DNA of 41,748 nt from Perkinsus olseni (taxonomy: Eukaryota), in assembly GCA_013115125.1 (NCBI GenBank), contig JABANN010000045.1, positions 62,001-103,748 of the forward strand, given 5' to 3'. How positions within the stretch are numbered: position 1 is the stretch's first letter; each line of letters starts with the position of its first letter. Positions 1 through 11,495 of the stretch are shown here, one piece after another. Made by a program: the position numbers and the translations under genes. The notes beneath the pieces were generated by a model. The model saw nothing but the letters and a program-made list of their open reading frames with translations, was not told where the DNA came from and did no database searches.

Positions 1-238
1 TTCATCTTGGGAGCTCCGCATCTCTCTGAGAATCATCATAGGCTGGCAGGAGGTTCATACCCCATGAACCCAGCGAGAGCTCCACTGGCCACAGCATCAG
101 ACCACACACACTGACCATAGGGCATTTCTCATTTCACGGCCTACGTTATGATGGTGCGAGCGATGATGCTGTGATGGATTCTAGCGGACGGGACCTCACG
201 AGTTCCGCAGGTGCCATCTCTCAATTCCTTCAATTGTC

Positions 239-1364
239 CTAGTCAAGGGACGATAGAAAGTGAACGTTATTGAGGGGCTCGAGAACTGAGCATATTCGAT
301 TGGCAATCTCGTGACAACTGTTGTACAAGATATGGTCTGCAACCCAAGTGTGGGGACGAAGCCAATGCCTAGGCAGGAGCCGAGAGGCCAGTCCGACTGT
401 AAACTGTTGTGTGGGAACTCGCGGCCTCGGTTTCAAGCCAGATTCAACTCGATCAGAACTTACCGCCACTTACGTGACATTGAGATGCTCAATGACCTCT
501 CGTTGAAGTCCAAACAGGGAGCAGAACGCCCCTGAACCAGCTTCTAAGGCATCGCGATGTTGTTCTGGTTGCTCCTTAACAAGTTCACGTTTCTTCACAA
601 TTTCCATGTCGCTCAGGGAGAGATGTCCCAAACTGTCTACTATATCCTCAACGGACATCTCAGAACTACTCTTCTCTTTGGAAATCGGCGCACACGCTTC
701 GAGACTCTGCCGCACGTGCTCTTCTATGGATCCCGAAGTCGAACTGAATGATACCGACTCTCGAGCAGTTGGATCGATTTCACTCCTTCGGGGGGTACCC
801 AGTTGGCGCATTCCGCAACGGAGGGGCCAGGGTGATACCGGCATTGACGTCTGCGTGCCAACACCTGAATGAGTGCAGGCTCCGAACAACTGAGCAGACG
901 CAGTCCCATCAGGAGACTCGAGCTCGTGCTTGACGACATCAAGTCAAAATACAAACGACCAGCCGGCCACTCACTGTATCTCTCTTGGTCCTGCACGGCG
1001 GGCAAGGCAGCGGCTCCCAAGACCGTTGAGACGGAGGAGCTTCGTTGGCGGCGTAGAAGTCTCGCCTCTCGTTTCGTCATTGTCGCCTGTTCGTCCATGC
1101 TTCGATCGTCAGCCAGACGAGGGCATGCTAGTCTTAGCTCCTCAGATGACTTCATACAACCCTCTACGGTGTAACGCATTTGCTTTTCAAGCTCGCCAAA
1201 GCAATCATCGAGGGCGGAGAGCACCTTAAAAGGATAGCTACGCCTGAGAAGCATCCCCATGGCCATGGGAAGTTGCTCACCCTCTGGCAAATCTTGTCTG
1301 TGAGGCTGTCTAGGTCCTCGTTCTCGTGTGAGGAGGGATGCGGCGGAATCGCCGCTTCTGACAT
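239..1364 (-). CDS. Hypothetical multi-exon protein, no recognised domain; exon structure approximate
   Basis: ATG at 1364 (MSEAAIPPHPSSHENEDLDSLTDKICQR) joins through a phase-0 gtgagc...ttaag intron to VLSALDDCFGELEKQ... Further open stretches lie at 470-889 (IEEHVRQSLEAC...) and 239-469, ending SLD* at 239. Confidence 0.45.
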
Positions 1365-2230
1365 CAATGAACCCGAATATAAGATGGAAAGCTGCCAAAA
1401 TGAGCGGAAACAGGACCATCGACCATGATGACTCTAGCTGGCTTCCCTAGCGTATGGAAACCAAACTCCGCCGTTGGGCTTCCAGGAGAGCTTCAGTGAG
1501 TGACCTGCGCCATTGTTCGTTCAATTCACTTCACAGGGTGTTAGCCTACAGTGATAACCTCCGTGACTAATCGCACGTCACCGAGGAGCATAGGGTGTAT
1601 GCTAGAGATAAAGTCCCCTAGGCGGGAGAACAGCAAACCGTTGACGTCATCAGCTCAAAGTTCACAGTGGAGCTTATGAAGTTGTTCGTGCAACTGTGAT
1701 GGTGGATTGAGGCGGCCCATCCGCTACGACCTGTGGCCCGCCACTGCTAGGAGTGATGCTCGCTGATTCACAACTCAACATGATCATCGTATGCGTGATG
1801 AAAAGGGTTTGAAATGGATGACAATAACGACATAAACGACGAAGCTGAAAAGCCCCTGGAATCCACGACTACCATAAGGCACGAAGGGGCAGGCAATATG
1901 AGCACATCACAGAAAGCTCTGGGGCTGGGGAAATGCCTCGCCAGAGGGGGATCATACAGGTCCTTTCTCCTTCTGTTGAATCAACTCTCTCACGTTGAAA
2001 ATCTAAACATGTGTTGGAATGATAAATATTGACGAAAAAAGAGACTGGTCACCCGGTGATCCAGGTAATGGGCCTCTGTAAACCCACTCCTCTCTACCAG
2101 GTAGCCTCGGGCCAGAGACCCTGGAGGTGAGAGAACAGGACGAAATGACGCAGGACTGAGAAGTGGTCTGACGACGATGTTGATAGAACATGCCTAGCCA
2201 AGAGTAAGAAGGAATACTGGCAGTGGCATG

Positions 2231-5200
2231 TTATTTGGCAGCAATTGTTAGGTTTTGGTCGTGGTGCAGAGCGGCTCCTTTGCCGCAGCTCACTGGGAAC
2301 CGTGCCATCTTCATAATCTTCTGACCCACGGACTGACGATTGGAGGCGCCCTAAGGAGAAAATTGCAGGACAAACAGCGGAGCGGAGCTCTTCACTTTCT
2401 CGGCTGCTCGCGGAGGTTCAACACCATCACTCCAGCAGCGAACGTTAAAGATGCTATCACAAGGTCTGAGCCATGAGCAAGCTTGCATGAACAGAGGGGT
2501 CGTCGACCATCTACCTCGAACGCTGCTTCCTACTGGAATCTTCGGAGATCCCCGAAAAGTTCAAGTCCGTGCAGATCATCGGCATGGGTGATTGAGTTGA
2601 ACTCATCGATTGCATGATGGACCATTTAGCATCAATCGGGTGGGCAAACCACAGGAGGTCGGTGAGCTCAGGATCGAGTGGTGGCAAGTCGAGTTGAGCC
2701 ACGCAAGCCTGAGGATAACGTTCGCCTAGCATGCAAGGATGAGGTACTGACTTCATAGACAGCGTGATGGCACAACTGATCGGCCTTGAGAAGAGCGGCA
2801 TTCAAATCCTCATCAGGAGGGTGTTTGTAGCTGCCAATTGATGATGTACTGGAGCGACGGGAGTAGCCCACGCTGCTGCATCGCGTCGAGCAGCTCCCCA
2901 CGGCGGAGGCTACATCGAACGTCATTGAGAAGGCGGCGAGGTCCAACGCGTCCGACAAGCTCCTAAGGCAGAATCCTTCGTCAATGCCCAGTCCAGTTGA
3001 ACTCACTTGAGCCTCCGCCGATCATCACGTTTGATGTGATGCCACTCTCCTGATGCAGTCTTGAAGGTGTACGAGGGCAGAAGCTTCCAGCCATTATCGG
3101 CTATCCATAAGATAGCATCGGCAACGAAGGCTACTTCTTCCGGAGTCATCGTAAAGTGCACCCCCACACGGACAAACCCAGGCTTGAAGACCTCGGAACG
3201 GGAAGATTCTGAATGACATTGGAAGTCCAATTGCAACCACCACCGACAGGAAGGACGTACCAACAGCTTCCTCGAACCGTTCAGCGCTCCCATGAATTAG
3301 CCCGAGGATAGCCTCTGCATGAGGTCCAGCGCAAGCACATCCACCCCTCGCTTGAATGCCGAAAAGATCGTTCAGGAGGGCCGCGACGAAGTTGTAATGA
3401 AGGTACCTGGACATAGCAACAATTCCTTCGACGATGGAGACGAGCGAGACCTACAAGCCGTGCTGCGTCGGGCCGTCAGTTGTATTATACAGGATATTGA
3501 AAGAAATGATACCAGCGCAATGAGAACGTTCCTGAGAGAGTCGTCGAGTCTGATATGAGGAAGTCCACTTCACCTTCGGCCCGAGTATGTGAACTTTGGT
3601 GTGCGCTCGGAGCCTCTTGGTGAGATGTTCTGCCATCTTGAGTTCCTCAGCGGCGATTCGTTCAATTCCAATCATCGCATGGAGATGGTACACAGCACCT
3701 GTCCTGATGCAGCCAAGGATGTCCGGGGTGCCTGAGAGTATCGGGATGAGTGGTACCGAATGCGGTAAGTACTTTAACACACCAGCTTCCTCTCGCTCTT
3801 CCAAGTTGTCAAGGTATTGATGACGTCTTTGGCTTACATAGAGGACTACAACTGCCGCTGCTCTTCGGTGTCCCGCCCAAACTAAATTGCTAACGCAATT
3901 CATCCCGCCCTGGCGATCAGAGACATGCACCCTCCGAGTGTTGCATTGCCAGAAACTATCTCGGTCCCGCTTGGACCCTTGCAATCTTGTAACACTCGGT
4001 GGGACCTACTCCCCGGGTGGTAGTGGGCGGGTTAAACTCAGCTTCGTCAATGGCGCCTGGAGAGAGCAAACAACTGACGGACGATGACTATTATTACCAA
4101 CGGTAACGCAACCGTATATGCCAACTGGATTGCCGCCGCTATCCGATCGATATCTCGCTCGCCCGTACACGCTCAACTTCCATCATGCGCATTGCTGTTG
4201 TACTGCAGAACACTTCTTGTTCTTCCAAACACCGCCGCCGCAGACCGCAGGCACGGCGTTGGTCTGATGTCTCCTCTTACACAACAAAAGGCCGCTGCTA
4301 CCGGGACCACCGAGCAGCTTATGTGGCGATACGAAGGCGAAATCAATGTAGCCCTCAGGGAGGCTGGACGGATTCATGTCGACCTAAGACGACCATCATG
4401 GGAACTCGGTGTGCGGCGTTCCGACTTTATCGTGAGCGGCGATAGCTGCCAAGTCCCAGGCGGCGATACCGTTGTACTTGTGAACCAAAGCGGATACCGT
4501 TGGTATTTAAGGAGAGTATTGGCATGGGGTGAGAGTCGGTCGTAGCTTTTACATCAAGACGTGCACCAGTGACATTGCTACAGGCGGAAAGGACTGTCAC
4601 TGGCACAGCGAAGTCGTGGCGATGACGATTGATATCCGTGACCTGAAGAGACAACGACAATGTCGATGGATGCTAGCGGGAAGTCTACCTTCCTCAAGAC
4701 ATCCTCGAGGCTCTCAACGGAAGCAGTGCCCTTCACTGGATCCAGCGGCAGTGTCTGCAACGACGACGGTTGTGGTGGTGGCATGTTGTTGTGCAGGAGA
4801 GCAGCGAAGGCCTACCACCAGCTCAACTTCAAGATCCTCGGTTTTCTAACCACTGAGCCAGTTGATCAGGGGCTCCAGAACTAACAAAGATAGGCTTCGA
4901 AGCTCTGTCGTAATGCAGGCTTGGATTTTACCACTTCTCGCTAGAGTGAAGCGCCTGAGTGGATACCTCAAGGATAGCTCCCTGAAGGGAAGTAATGAAC
5001 TATGATGAGCAGCAGGATCTATAATCAGAACCTGAGGGATAACGATGAAAGCTGACGGGCTGTGAGGGCGCACCGCTCGACGGAGACCCTTCCGAGATCT
5101 CTCCGTAGCGAAGACTCGGCTACGGCACATCATTTCGACGAACTTGTTGATGGCCGCCGTAGGCTACGGCCCGTAGCACCGGCGCCACAGAAGATGACTG

Positions 5201-5665
5201 AAGGCCGGAGGGGTCGAGCGTGGACTTCCGAGAGACGAACTCACCGGAATCTTCCGAAGTACAATTGAAATACTTACGAACTTCATCTCGCGCCTCTTCT
5301 CGATAATGCATCGTCTGACGAGCAGTCGCCGAGGCCACGGAATGCGTGTTGGCGTATCTGCACGGTGCGCAGGGAATGAAGAGGCGAGGTGTTGAGGACG
5401 CACGTGGGGCAAACAGTGGAGGTTATGAAGTCCTCGATGGCATTAAGACTTCTCCCTGAGGCGGTGTAGTCGCAGTAACTGAATGGAGGGCATGTGGAGA
5501 CGGAAGAGGGTCGGGCGTACACCAGCTTCCGCGAAGAGTCGTCGAAGGGTACGGGGACTCTTTCGTGTTCTCCTATGCATTGGTCTCTGAGGGAGTTCAC
5601 GAGATCGTCATAGTCACTGCGAAGACGCACGCAGGACGGGCGACGAACTCCAGGGAAGAGAGCAT
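2231..5665 (-). pseudogene. PLP-dependent aminotransferase class V / cysteine desulfurase-like gene carrying several disabling lesions
   Basis: Spliced translation gives family motifs YCDYTASGRS, YANTHS, VIFCGAGAT-AAINK, HHSSLLPFRE, SACSNVTG, WDLAA, VSPHKLLGGPG (PLP Lys), EREEAGTP, LHYNFVAALLNDLFGIQARGGCACAGP, KPGFVRV and GEWHH. Lesions: +14 nt frameshift (5157-5170), in-frame TAG (4846-4848), AA instead of AG acceptor (4507-4508), and a 381-nt insert/intron (3852-4232). Both ends are approximate; an upstream ATG at 5802 is possible. Confidence 0.85.
5156..5177. repeat. Fold-back scar GCCGTAG-GCTACGGC-CCGTAGC (putative hAT-type excision footprint, 8-bp target GCCGTAGC)
   Basis: First 7 nt of the 8-mer, its exact reverse complement, then its last 7 nt. 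Removing 14 nt restores the conserved GAGATAAINK frame. Confidence 0.75.
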
Positions 5666-5730
5666 AGGGGTAAGGCATCAAGAAAGATCTGAAGCAGTCT
5701 TGCGGAGCTCAAGTGTACAAGATCGGAATA

Positions 5731-5752
5731 GAATGGTCACCATTCAATGGTG
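5731..5752. repeat. Fold-back scar GAATGGT-CACCATTC-AATGGTG (8-bp target GAATGGTG)
   Basis: Same 7+8+7 geometry as 5156-5177 with an unrelated 8-mer. Confidence 0.75.
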
Positions 5753-6805
5753 ATGAGAAGGGAGTCCCACTGAAGGAAGGCTTGCTGGGCTCCTATGATC
5801 ATGGTGATTGACAGCTTAATACTCCCAAAGACCTTGAGTGAGATCTTTATTGACTGGGAAACGACACTCGAGAAATGCCCCAATCGAACCAACGGGTAGC
5901 AAAATTCACCCCGTCACGGCGTCAGTTGATAATTTTTACCGACAGTCAGCCATACTCGATTTTGAAGGACTCGGTCCCTCCTTGCCGAGGAGTGATGATG
6001 CTTAGAAAACGAGTCCTCGGGTATGGCCATCCGGACCACGCAGGAATGTTTAGGTCAACATATTTCCGCTTCGGATCCTCAGGTTCATAAGTGTGACGCT
6101 ATTATGATAGCTTTGGCAGTGCACGCATGCGCAGCAGCACGCGTAGACAAACTATGTTATCAAATAACTGATACTCATTTCCGTACCACTTCGAGAGACT
6201 CAGTGGCTTAGGCCTGAGGACAACACCTCTGTGCCCTGCCCCTCATGTTCATTCGGGATAATATGCCTGATAGTCGATCGAAATCCTCAAGTTAGTGAGA
6301 TGGGCGAGCTGCCCCGGGGACAGCCTACGCCTTGCCCAATTTGGGAAGTCCAGGGAAGAGCTGATTCTCACAGCAGCGATAACTAAGCTTCGAAATATTC
6401 ACCTTTTCGATGGAGTACAGTACGGTATCACCGATACCGTGGAAACGCCCTTGACCGAAGAATCTAAGTTGCTGAGTACATCCTCGTGAGTTGGGGATGT
6501 GCGGGTATTAACGCCGACAGCGATGAAGTTGCCAAGAGGTGTATGTATTGCTACTTCAAGCAGCATGTAACCGTGTGAAGCGTATACACTCAAGCACGTG
6601 TCTTCTAAGAGGACACGGGATTCAGCATGTCTGACATGGTAGATAAGGGGACTCGCAGTCGTCATGGCTGTGTGGAGATCTGCGCAAACTACGTGAGATG
6701 CGTGCGAGGAATAATGTCGAAATCGCTGCGAGTTCGAAGAAAAAGCGCACGCCCGAGGTCCAGGATGTCGCATCGTAGACCGACATTTTCCGAATCCCCC
6801 TTTGC

Positions 6806-9631
6806 ATGATGGTGAACCGCAAGGGAGCTAGGCGGCAGCCATTGCCTGCAGAGGATGGTAGGGCCGGTTAGCATCTCACCTACCTCCGCTGTTCTCTTTT
6901 GGCTTCGAGCTGTCCTCCTTTCCCTCAGTACTCTCGGATGCAAGCAGCGATGACGGCCTTGACATGATCGGAGGCGATGGTAGGGCGGTGGGTCGCACTC
7001 TCTTCGTTGGTGGTGAGTTCCTCGAACTCAGATGAGCGTAACGACTACTCGGACCTCGAGGGCACCGAGGAAGTGGACGTGATGAGCATCGGCAGCGAGA
7101 AGGACGGACAGCAGCGAGAGGAGGATATCGAGGTGCGTCTCGAAGGCATCGGTCGGTATTAAAGGACGTGTATTCTATAGGACTTCGACGTCGAGGAAGC
7201 TCCTAAGGAAGATAAGGAAGACGATCGGCTGGCGTGGGGAAGACGCGACCGGGACTTCTACGGTATTCGGACTGTTGCGAGCTGGGGAGTCGGTGGGTGC
7301 TGACTTGGCGTTGTGGCAGGCAGTGAGTCTGAAGATGAGTCCTCTGAAGCCGAGGAGCTCCAACTAGAGGAAGCGAAGAAAGCGGCTTTGTCTCGAGCCA
7401 AGCTTTTGCCTAGGAAGACTGCTGACCTGGTAATAAGTGTTGGGGAGAGGGCGTCGATCGAAGATCCGCTGGGACGAGAGATACTAGACGATACCCCATG
7501 CTCGTGAGCGATGATTGAGGTGCCTTGCTGTAGGTTGAAGAACTGGCGGGTGGCGAAGAAGCGCGTGAAGAGGTCCCGGCTGAGGAGGTGGCTGCTGAGG
7601 GGGAGGAGTCTGAGGATGATGTGGATGAAGATTTCGACTTCGCTGCTGGTGACATCTCCTTCAAGGGCTCCACCACTGCCTCTAAGAAGCGCAAGGACGG
7701 CTTGTCCCAGACTGAGCGACGGAGACTCGCTCTGAAGGAGAGCCCGGAGCTCGAGGCACTCGTGGAACAGTACCACGAGGGCGCCTTGAAGCTGGCGGAC
7801 GAAGCCAGGGATCTGGTGGATGCTGTACGGAGGAGTCCTCCACCGGCTGGCAAGGGCGGCATGACTTTCGTAGAGACGAAACTGCAGCTGCTGCTGTCCC
7901 ATCTGAACTACTTGAGCTACTACTTCATGCTTAAGGCCAAGGGAGCCAGCGTGAGGAAGCACCCCGTTATCAGGAAGATCGCCTGGGTCAAGGGGATGCT
8001 GGACCGCCTGAAGCCGATAGAAAAGAGTGTGGCAGACCAAGCTGAGGAGCTGGTCAGTCGGTCGCAGTCGGAGGAACCCGATCCGGAGATGAGCTATCTT
8101 GATGAGGTTCTCGCTGGGCTCGGTGTTGAACTGTCGGGAGAGGAGGAAGCAGAGAGTGATGCTAGCGAGGCTGAGACGGAGGCGAGTGAAGTGGCTGAGG
8201 AGGAGACCCAGGCCGCGACGAAGATCTCCAGAGCTGACCTTGTGAAGCGTCTTAGCGCTAGACGTGCCGAGAAGCCAGTTGGTGAGCAGTCGGGAATCGA
8301 CGAAGAGAGCATCTTGGCGAAGATGGCCGCGAGGGATGATAAGGAGGATGCAGCGGAGTTGTTGAAGCCCAAGAAGGCTGGGAAGAAGTTAGGCAAGCTG
8401 CGTGCTAAGATCAAGGGCGGCAAGGGGTGACGGACGATGTCTGATTTACCGGCTTGGAGCTTGTTTTTGCAGTTACGCTGGCGCGGGCTCGGTGAGCCTG
8501 GACGAGGTTGCTGAGGTCGGGGATCTGGTCGATACTCGGACGAGTCTGGCGGATATACTGAACTCTGCTAAGCAGGTGAGAGCGAGGATGCGGGGGAGGA
8601 GTGGTATAGTGTGTCTCGCAGGTCGAAGAGGCTGCCTCTAGTCGTAAGGGTGGCGGTGATGATGATGTGGAGGTTCGAAAGGGCATGTCGATGAGGGAGA
8701 TAAGAGCTGCTATGGAGGAGGCTGATGCAGCCGAGGTAGTAGTAAGGCAGCTTACGCCTGGTGACGCTGCGCATGCAGGCACACGGTGCGGCAGTGGAAG
8801 GAGAGGACGAAGCACTGGAGCCTTCACTTATGCGTAAGGCACGCAAGGCACGGGATGCTAAGCGGGAGTCGAAGAAGTCGGCCTTGGCGACTAAGGCTCA
8901 GGCGTTCATGCCGGAGGAAGAGGTAGTAGTGAGTGGGCGGTCTGGGCAGTTCTAAGATGGTCGATGAGCTGATGGTCTGGTGATAGTGGGAGGCTTTACA
9001 CCATGGTCATTCTTTATTATGGCAATAATACTGCATAATAATGAATGCATATTGATATCATGCATACATGCATGATAAATATTGATGAATATTCATGATA
9101 CATGCATCGTATAGAGCGATACTCTATAGATTTACACTTAGTATAATGCTGAATGCTTTATAATGCTACTAGCATTTAGTATCATGCTTAGACACACTCT
9201 AACGAGTATGTCGATATAGAATGCAGGAGAGAAACTCTCTTAAAAAGGGAATTTCATTCTTTAGCCAACCTAGCGCCCTTGAGCAGCTTTCGGTAGCCAT
9301 CCTTCACTGCAAGTCGGTGTAAACGTATACTGTCATATGTTACCGGTATTCTTATATTATCGTATGACGTGTATTTGTGCTGCTCGTCGGTCAGAATGAA
9401 GTCGATCTTCGCTCCACCAACTACGCTATTAATAAGAATAAGGGCCTCACTCGGAAGCGCAAGAAGGAGGACCGCAATGCTCGTGTCAAGAATAGGAATA
9501 GATACGAGAGAGCTGTCAAACGTCGCAAGGGGGCGGTACAGGAGGTCCGGGAGGCCAGTGCGGACGGGACATACTCAGGAGAAGCCACTGGTCTGCGTAC
9601 CAACGTCAGGAAGAGTGTCAAACTTGGCTGA
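6806..9631 (+). CDS. UTP3: SAS10/UTP3 small-subunit processome component (multi-exon)
   Basis: Acidic N-terminus and AWGRRDRDFY motif. Sas10/Utp3/C1D domain FVETKLQLLLSHLNYLSYYFMLKAKGASVRKHPVIRKI. C-terminal Sas10 domain NKGLTRKRKKEDRNARVKNRNRYERAVKRRKG...YSGEATGLRTNVRKSVKL*. Canonical GT-AG introns. Confidence 0.92.
8995..9370. repeat. AT-rich array of short palindromes/hairpins in the last SAS10 intron (intron 8923-9394)
   Basis: Stems at 9008-9047, 9056-9077 (perfect 10 bp), 9085-9096, 9110-9128, 9162-9176, 9191-9212 and 9341-9348. TTTACACC (8995-9002) and GGTGTAAA (9316-9323) form an 8-bp inverted repeat. Confidence 0.7.
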
Positions 9632-9805
9632 GGTGGTTACTTGCCATTGCCCCTCATCAAGCTTGGATGCCATCAAGCTGCTGTTTATACGTCAATACTC
9701 CCTATACCAATACAACGGTAGATGCTGTTCCGTTTCTACTGCGTTGAGGAGTTGCGTTGATGACGCTGCCTCAGTAGCCTCTGTCGCAGTGTCTCCTGTT
9801 TTACT

Positions 9806-11338
9806 ATGGTCGCCGCGGAGCTTCCCGTCGGCCTACTGCTGTGTGGTGGGGTCTCGGATGATTCATCAGACCCTTCCTTAGCTGATATAGGAATCCCCAA
9901 GCCTCTCTTGACGGTGGCGAACAGGCCTTTGTACAGGTAGTGTTGTTAATCTGTACCTCTTTCGTCAACGGGATGTAAGCAGTTACGCGGTGCAAGCCTT
10001 GACGGCTGGCCCTTTGGTTAGCCGAGTAGTGCTGATAGCATGGACTGAGCAAGCCGCTGCCCTACAGGCGTCTGTTGTAGAGCACCAAGATCTCTTCAAC
10101 GGCGTTGAGGTCTCAGTAGAGGGTAGGAAGCAAGCTACAGTGAGTACAGTGACTGTGTGATCGAAGGTGTGTCGGCGGAGGCCCCTGCAGCAGAGGCCTT
10201 GATGGCCGTACTTGAGCGACGGAAGGATGTGGAGGGGAGCACCTTCCTCGTGAGTGGCTGGTACGAGGAGGTTCTATACAGCCCTGGAGTGTTGTCAGGT
10301 CGGTTATGGCGACTATATGGGTCAGTGGCCGGCCCGCACGGCTGAGTCATTGGACGGCGCTGAGTTGGAGGTCTCCATGGCTCGTAGGCCTCCCGTACGC
10401 CTTCGATTCGGCTCGGTATCTTCCTTCCAGGCGTCAAGGAGATACCTGACGATTTCGTGTACACGGCTTACGGGAGTGCGGATAAGGTAGTGTTGGTCGC
10501 TTGAAGAGGGAATGTTAGGGTTCTCTGATCAGACTATCCTTGCTTTGAAGTCCGCCGAGGATGTGGCCTTTGACGGCAGCCTGTCCTTGCGATTATCGAA
10601 GATCTTCGCAGAGGGTGATGTGACGCTAGTTCGCAACCTGATCGATACTGGTTGCTACTGGATGGGCCGTAACGTGTTGGCAAGGTTGAAGGAGTTCATG
10701 GCGGATGAGGACGAGGTGGATCGGAATCTTCGAGAGGGGTTTGTGCCATGGATGGCCGACAAGGGATATAAGGTGATACCGGGGACGTGGTGATGAGGGG
10801 GGAGTGGTCTTGGTCAGGTCCTCCTGAGAGGCCCTGAGGAGTCCCCGTTGTTGGACCCCTGCAAGAACAGGGTGAAGGGTACCGATACCCTCCTCCACTT
10901 CAACCAGCAAAGGCTAAAGCATGACCGCAGTACTGTGAAGGGAGTGCTATACGGCGCTTCCTGTGCAGTTGAAGAAGGGACTGTCGTTAAGAATACTGTA
11001 TTGGGGGATTCTGTGACGATAGCTGGTAAGTGTATTTGGGTGTCTTAGGTTGACTATGGGCTTCCACGGAATCGTCGTCTTTAGATAAGTGTCGTGTGAC
11101 CAAGTCTGTTGTTATGAAGGGCGTCACCATAGGAAGCGGATCGACAGTCCAAGAGTGTGTTCTTGCCGAGGTAGATCAACGGTCTTCAAGACAGCCCTGT
11201 GACAGCGGTGCGTGCTTCTAGGGCTGTGAAGTCGGTTCTGGCGTGAAGATGACTAAGTGTACTGTGGCGAAGGGTGTTAAGATGTTGAAGGCAGGGGAGT
11301 ATGAGGAGGAAGATTTCGATCGCAATGTGTCCAGCTGA
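9806..11338 (+). CDS. EIF2B3: Translation initiation factor eIF2B gamma subunit-like (nucleotidyltransferase-like domain plus left-handed beta-helix), multi-exon
   Basis: Starts MVAAELPVGLLLCGG...IPKPLLTVANRPLY and contains DTGCYWM...LREGFVPWM. Hexapeptide repeats KNTVLGDSVTIADKCRVTKSVVMKGVTIGSGSTVQECVL follow. It stops directly after the LbH domain with no W2 domain, which favours gamma over epsilon. Confidence 0.75.
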
Positions 11339-11495
11339 ATGCTAAGTTTCCACTTTAACGCTGATCTGTGCACTGATACCACCGGCCGTTTCGTAAGAGG
11401 GCGCAATGTAAAAAGCGCTCGCCCGAAAATAGCAGTCTTCGAGCGGTCGCCAATGGTGAACTGTTTAGTTAACACATCTTGACAAGTTAATTCTA

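Noticed and set aside
724-1419. 231-aa ORF with an apparent signal peptide
   Set aside because: It reads through introns. A phase-consistent model starting at 1364 in another frame lacks the hydrophobic leader, so secretion is unsupported.
4846-4848. In-frame TAG as evidence of a variant genetic code
   Set aside because: It occurs only in a gene with other lesions. I saw no in-frame stops in conserved exons of the other genes, and TAG appears to terminate the CAF1-like ORF.
6240-6790. Possible small minus-strand gene in the divergent gap (ORF 6399-6773; hairpin 6422-6440)
   Set aside because: No recognisable motif and no consistent splice model.
7258-8040. 260-aa antisense ORF, and the many antisense ORFs over dynein and CAF1
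   Set aside because: Shadows of GC-rich coding exons on the opposite strand.
9291-9314. Resemblance to the perkinsid spliced leader (GTAGCCATC...CAAG)
   Set aside because: Only a 9-nt core matches, the middle differs, and I see no SL RNA context. Compatible with chance.
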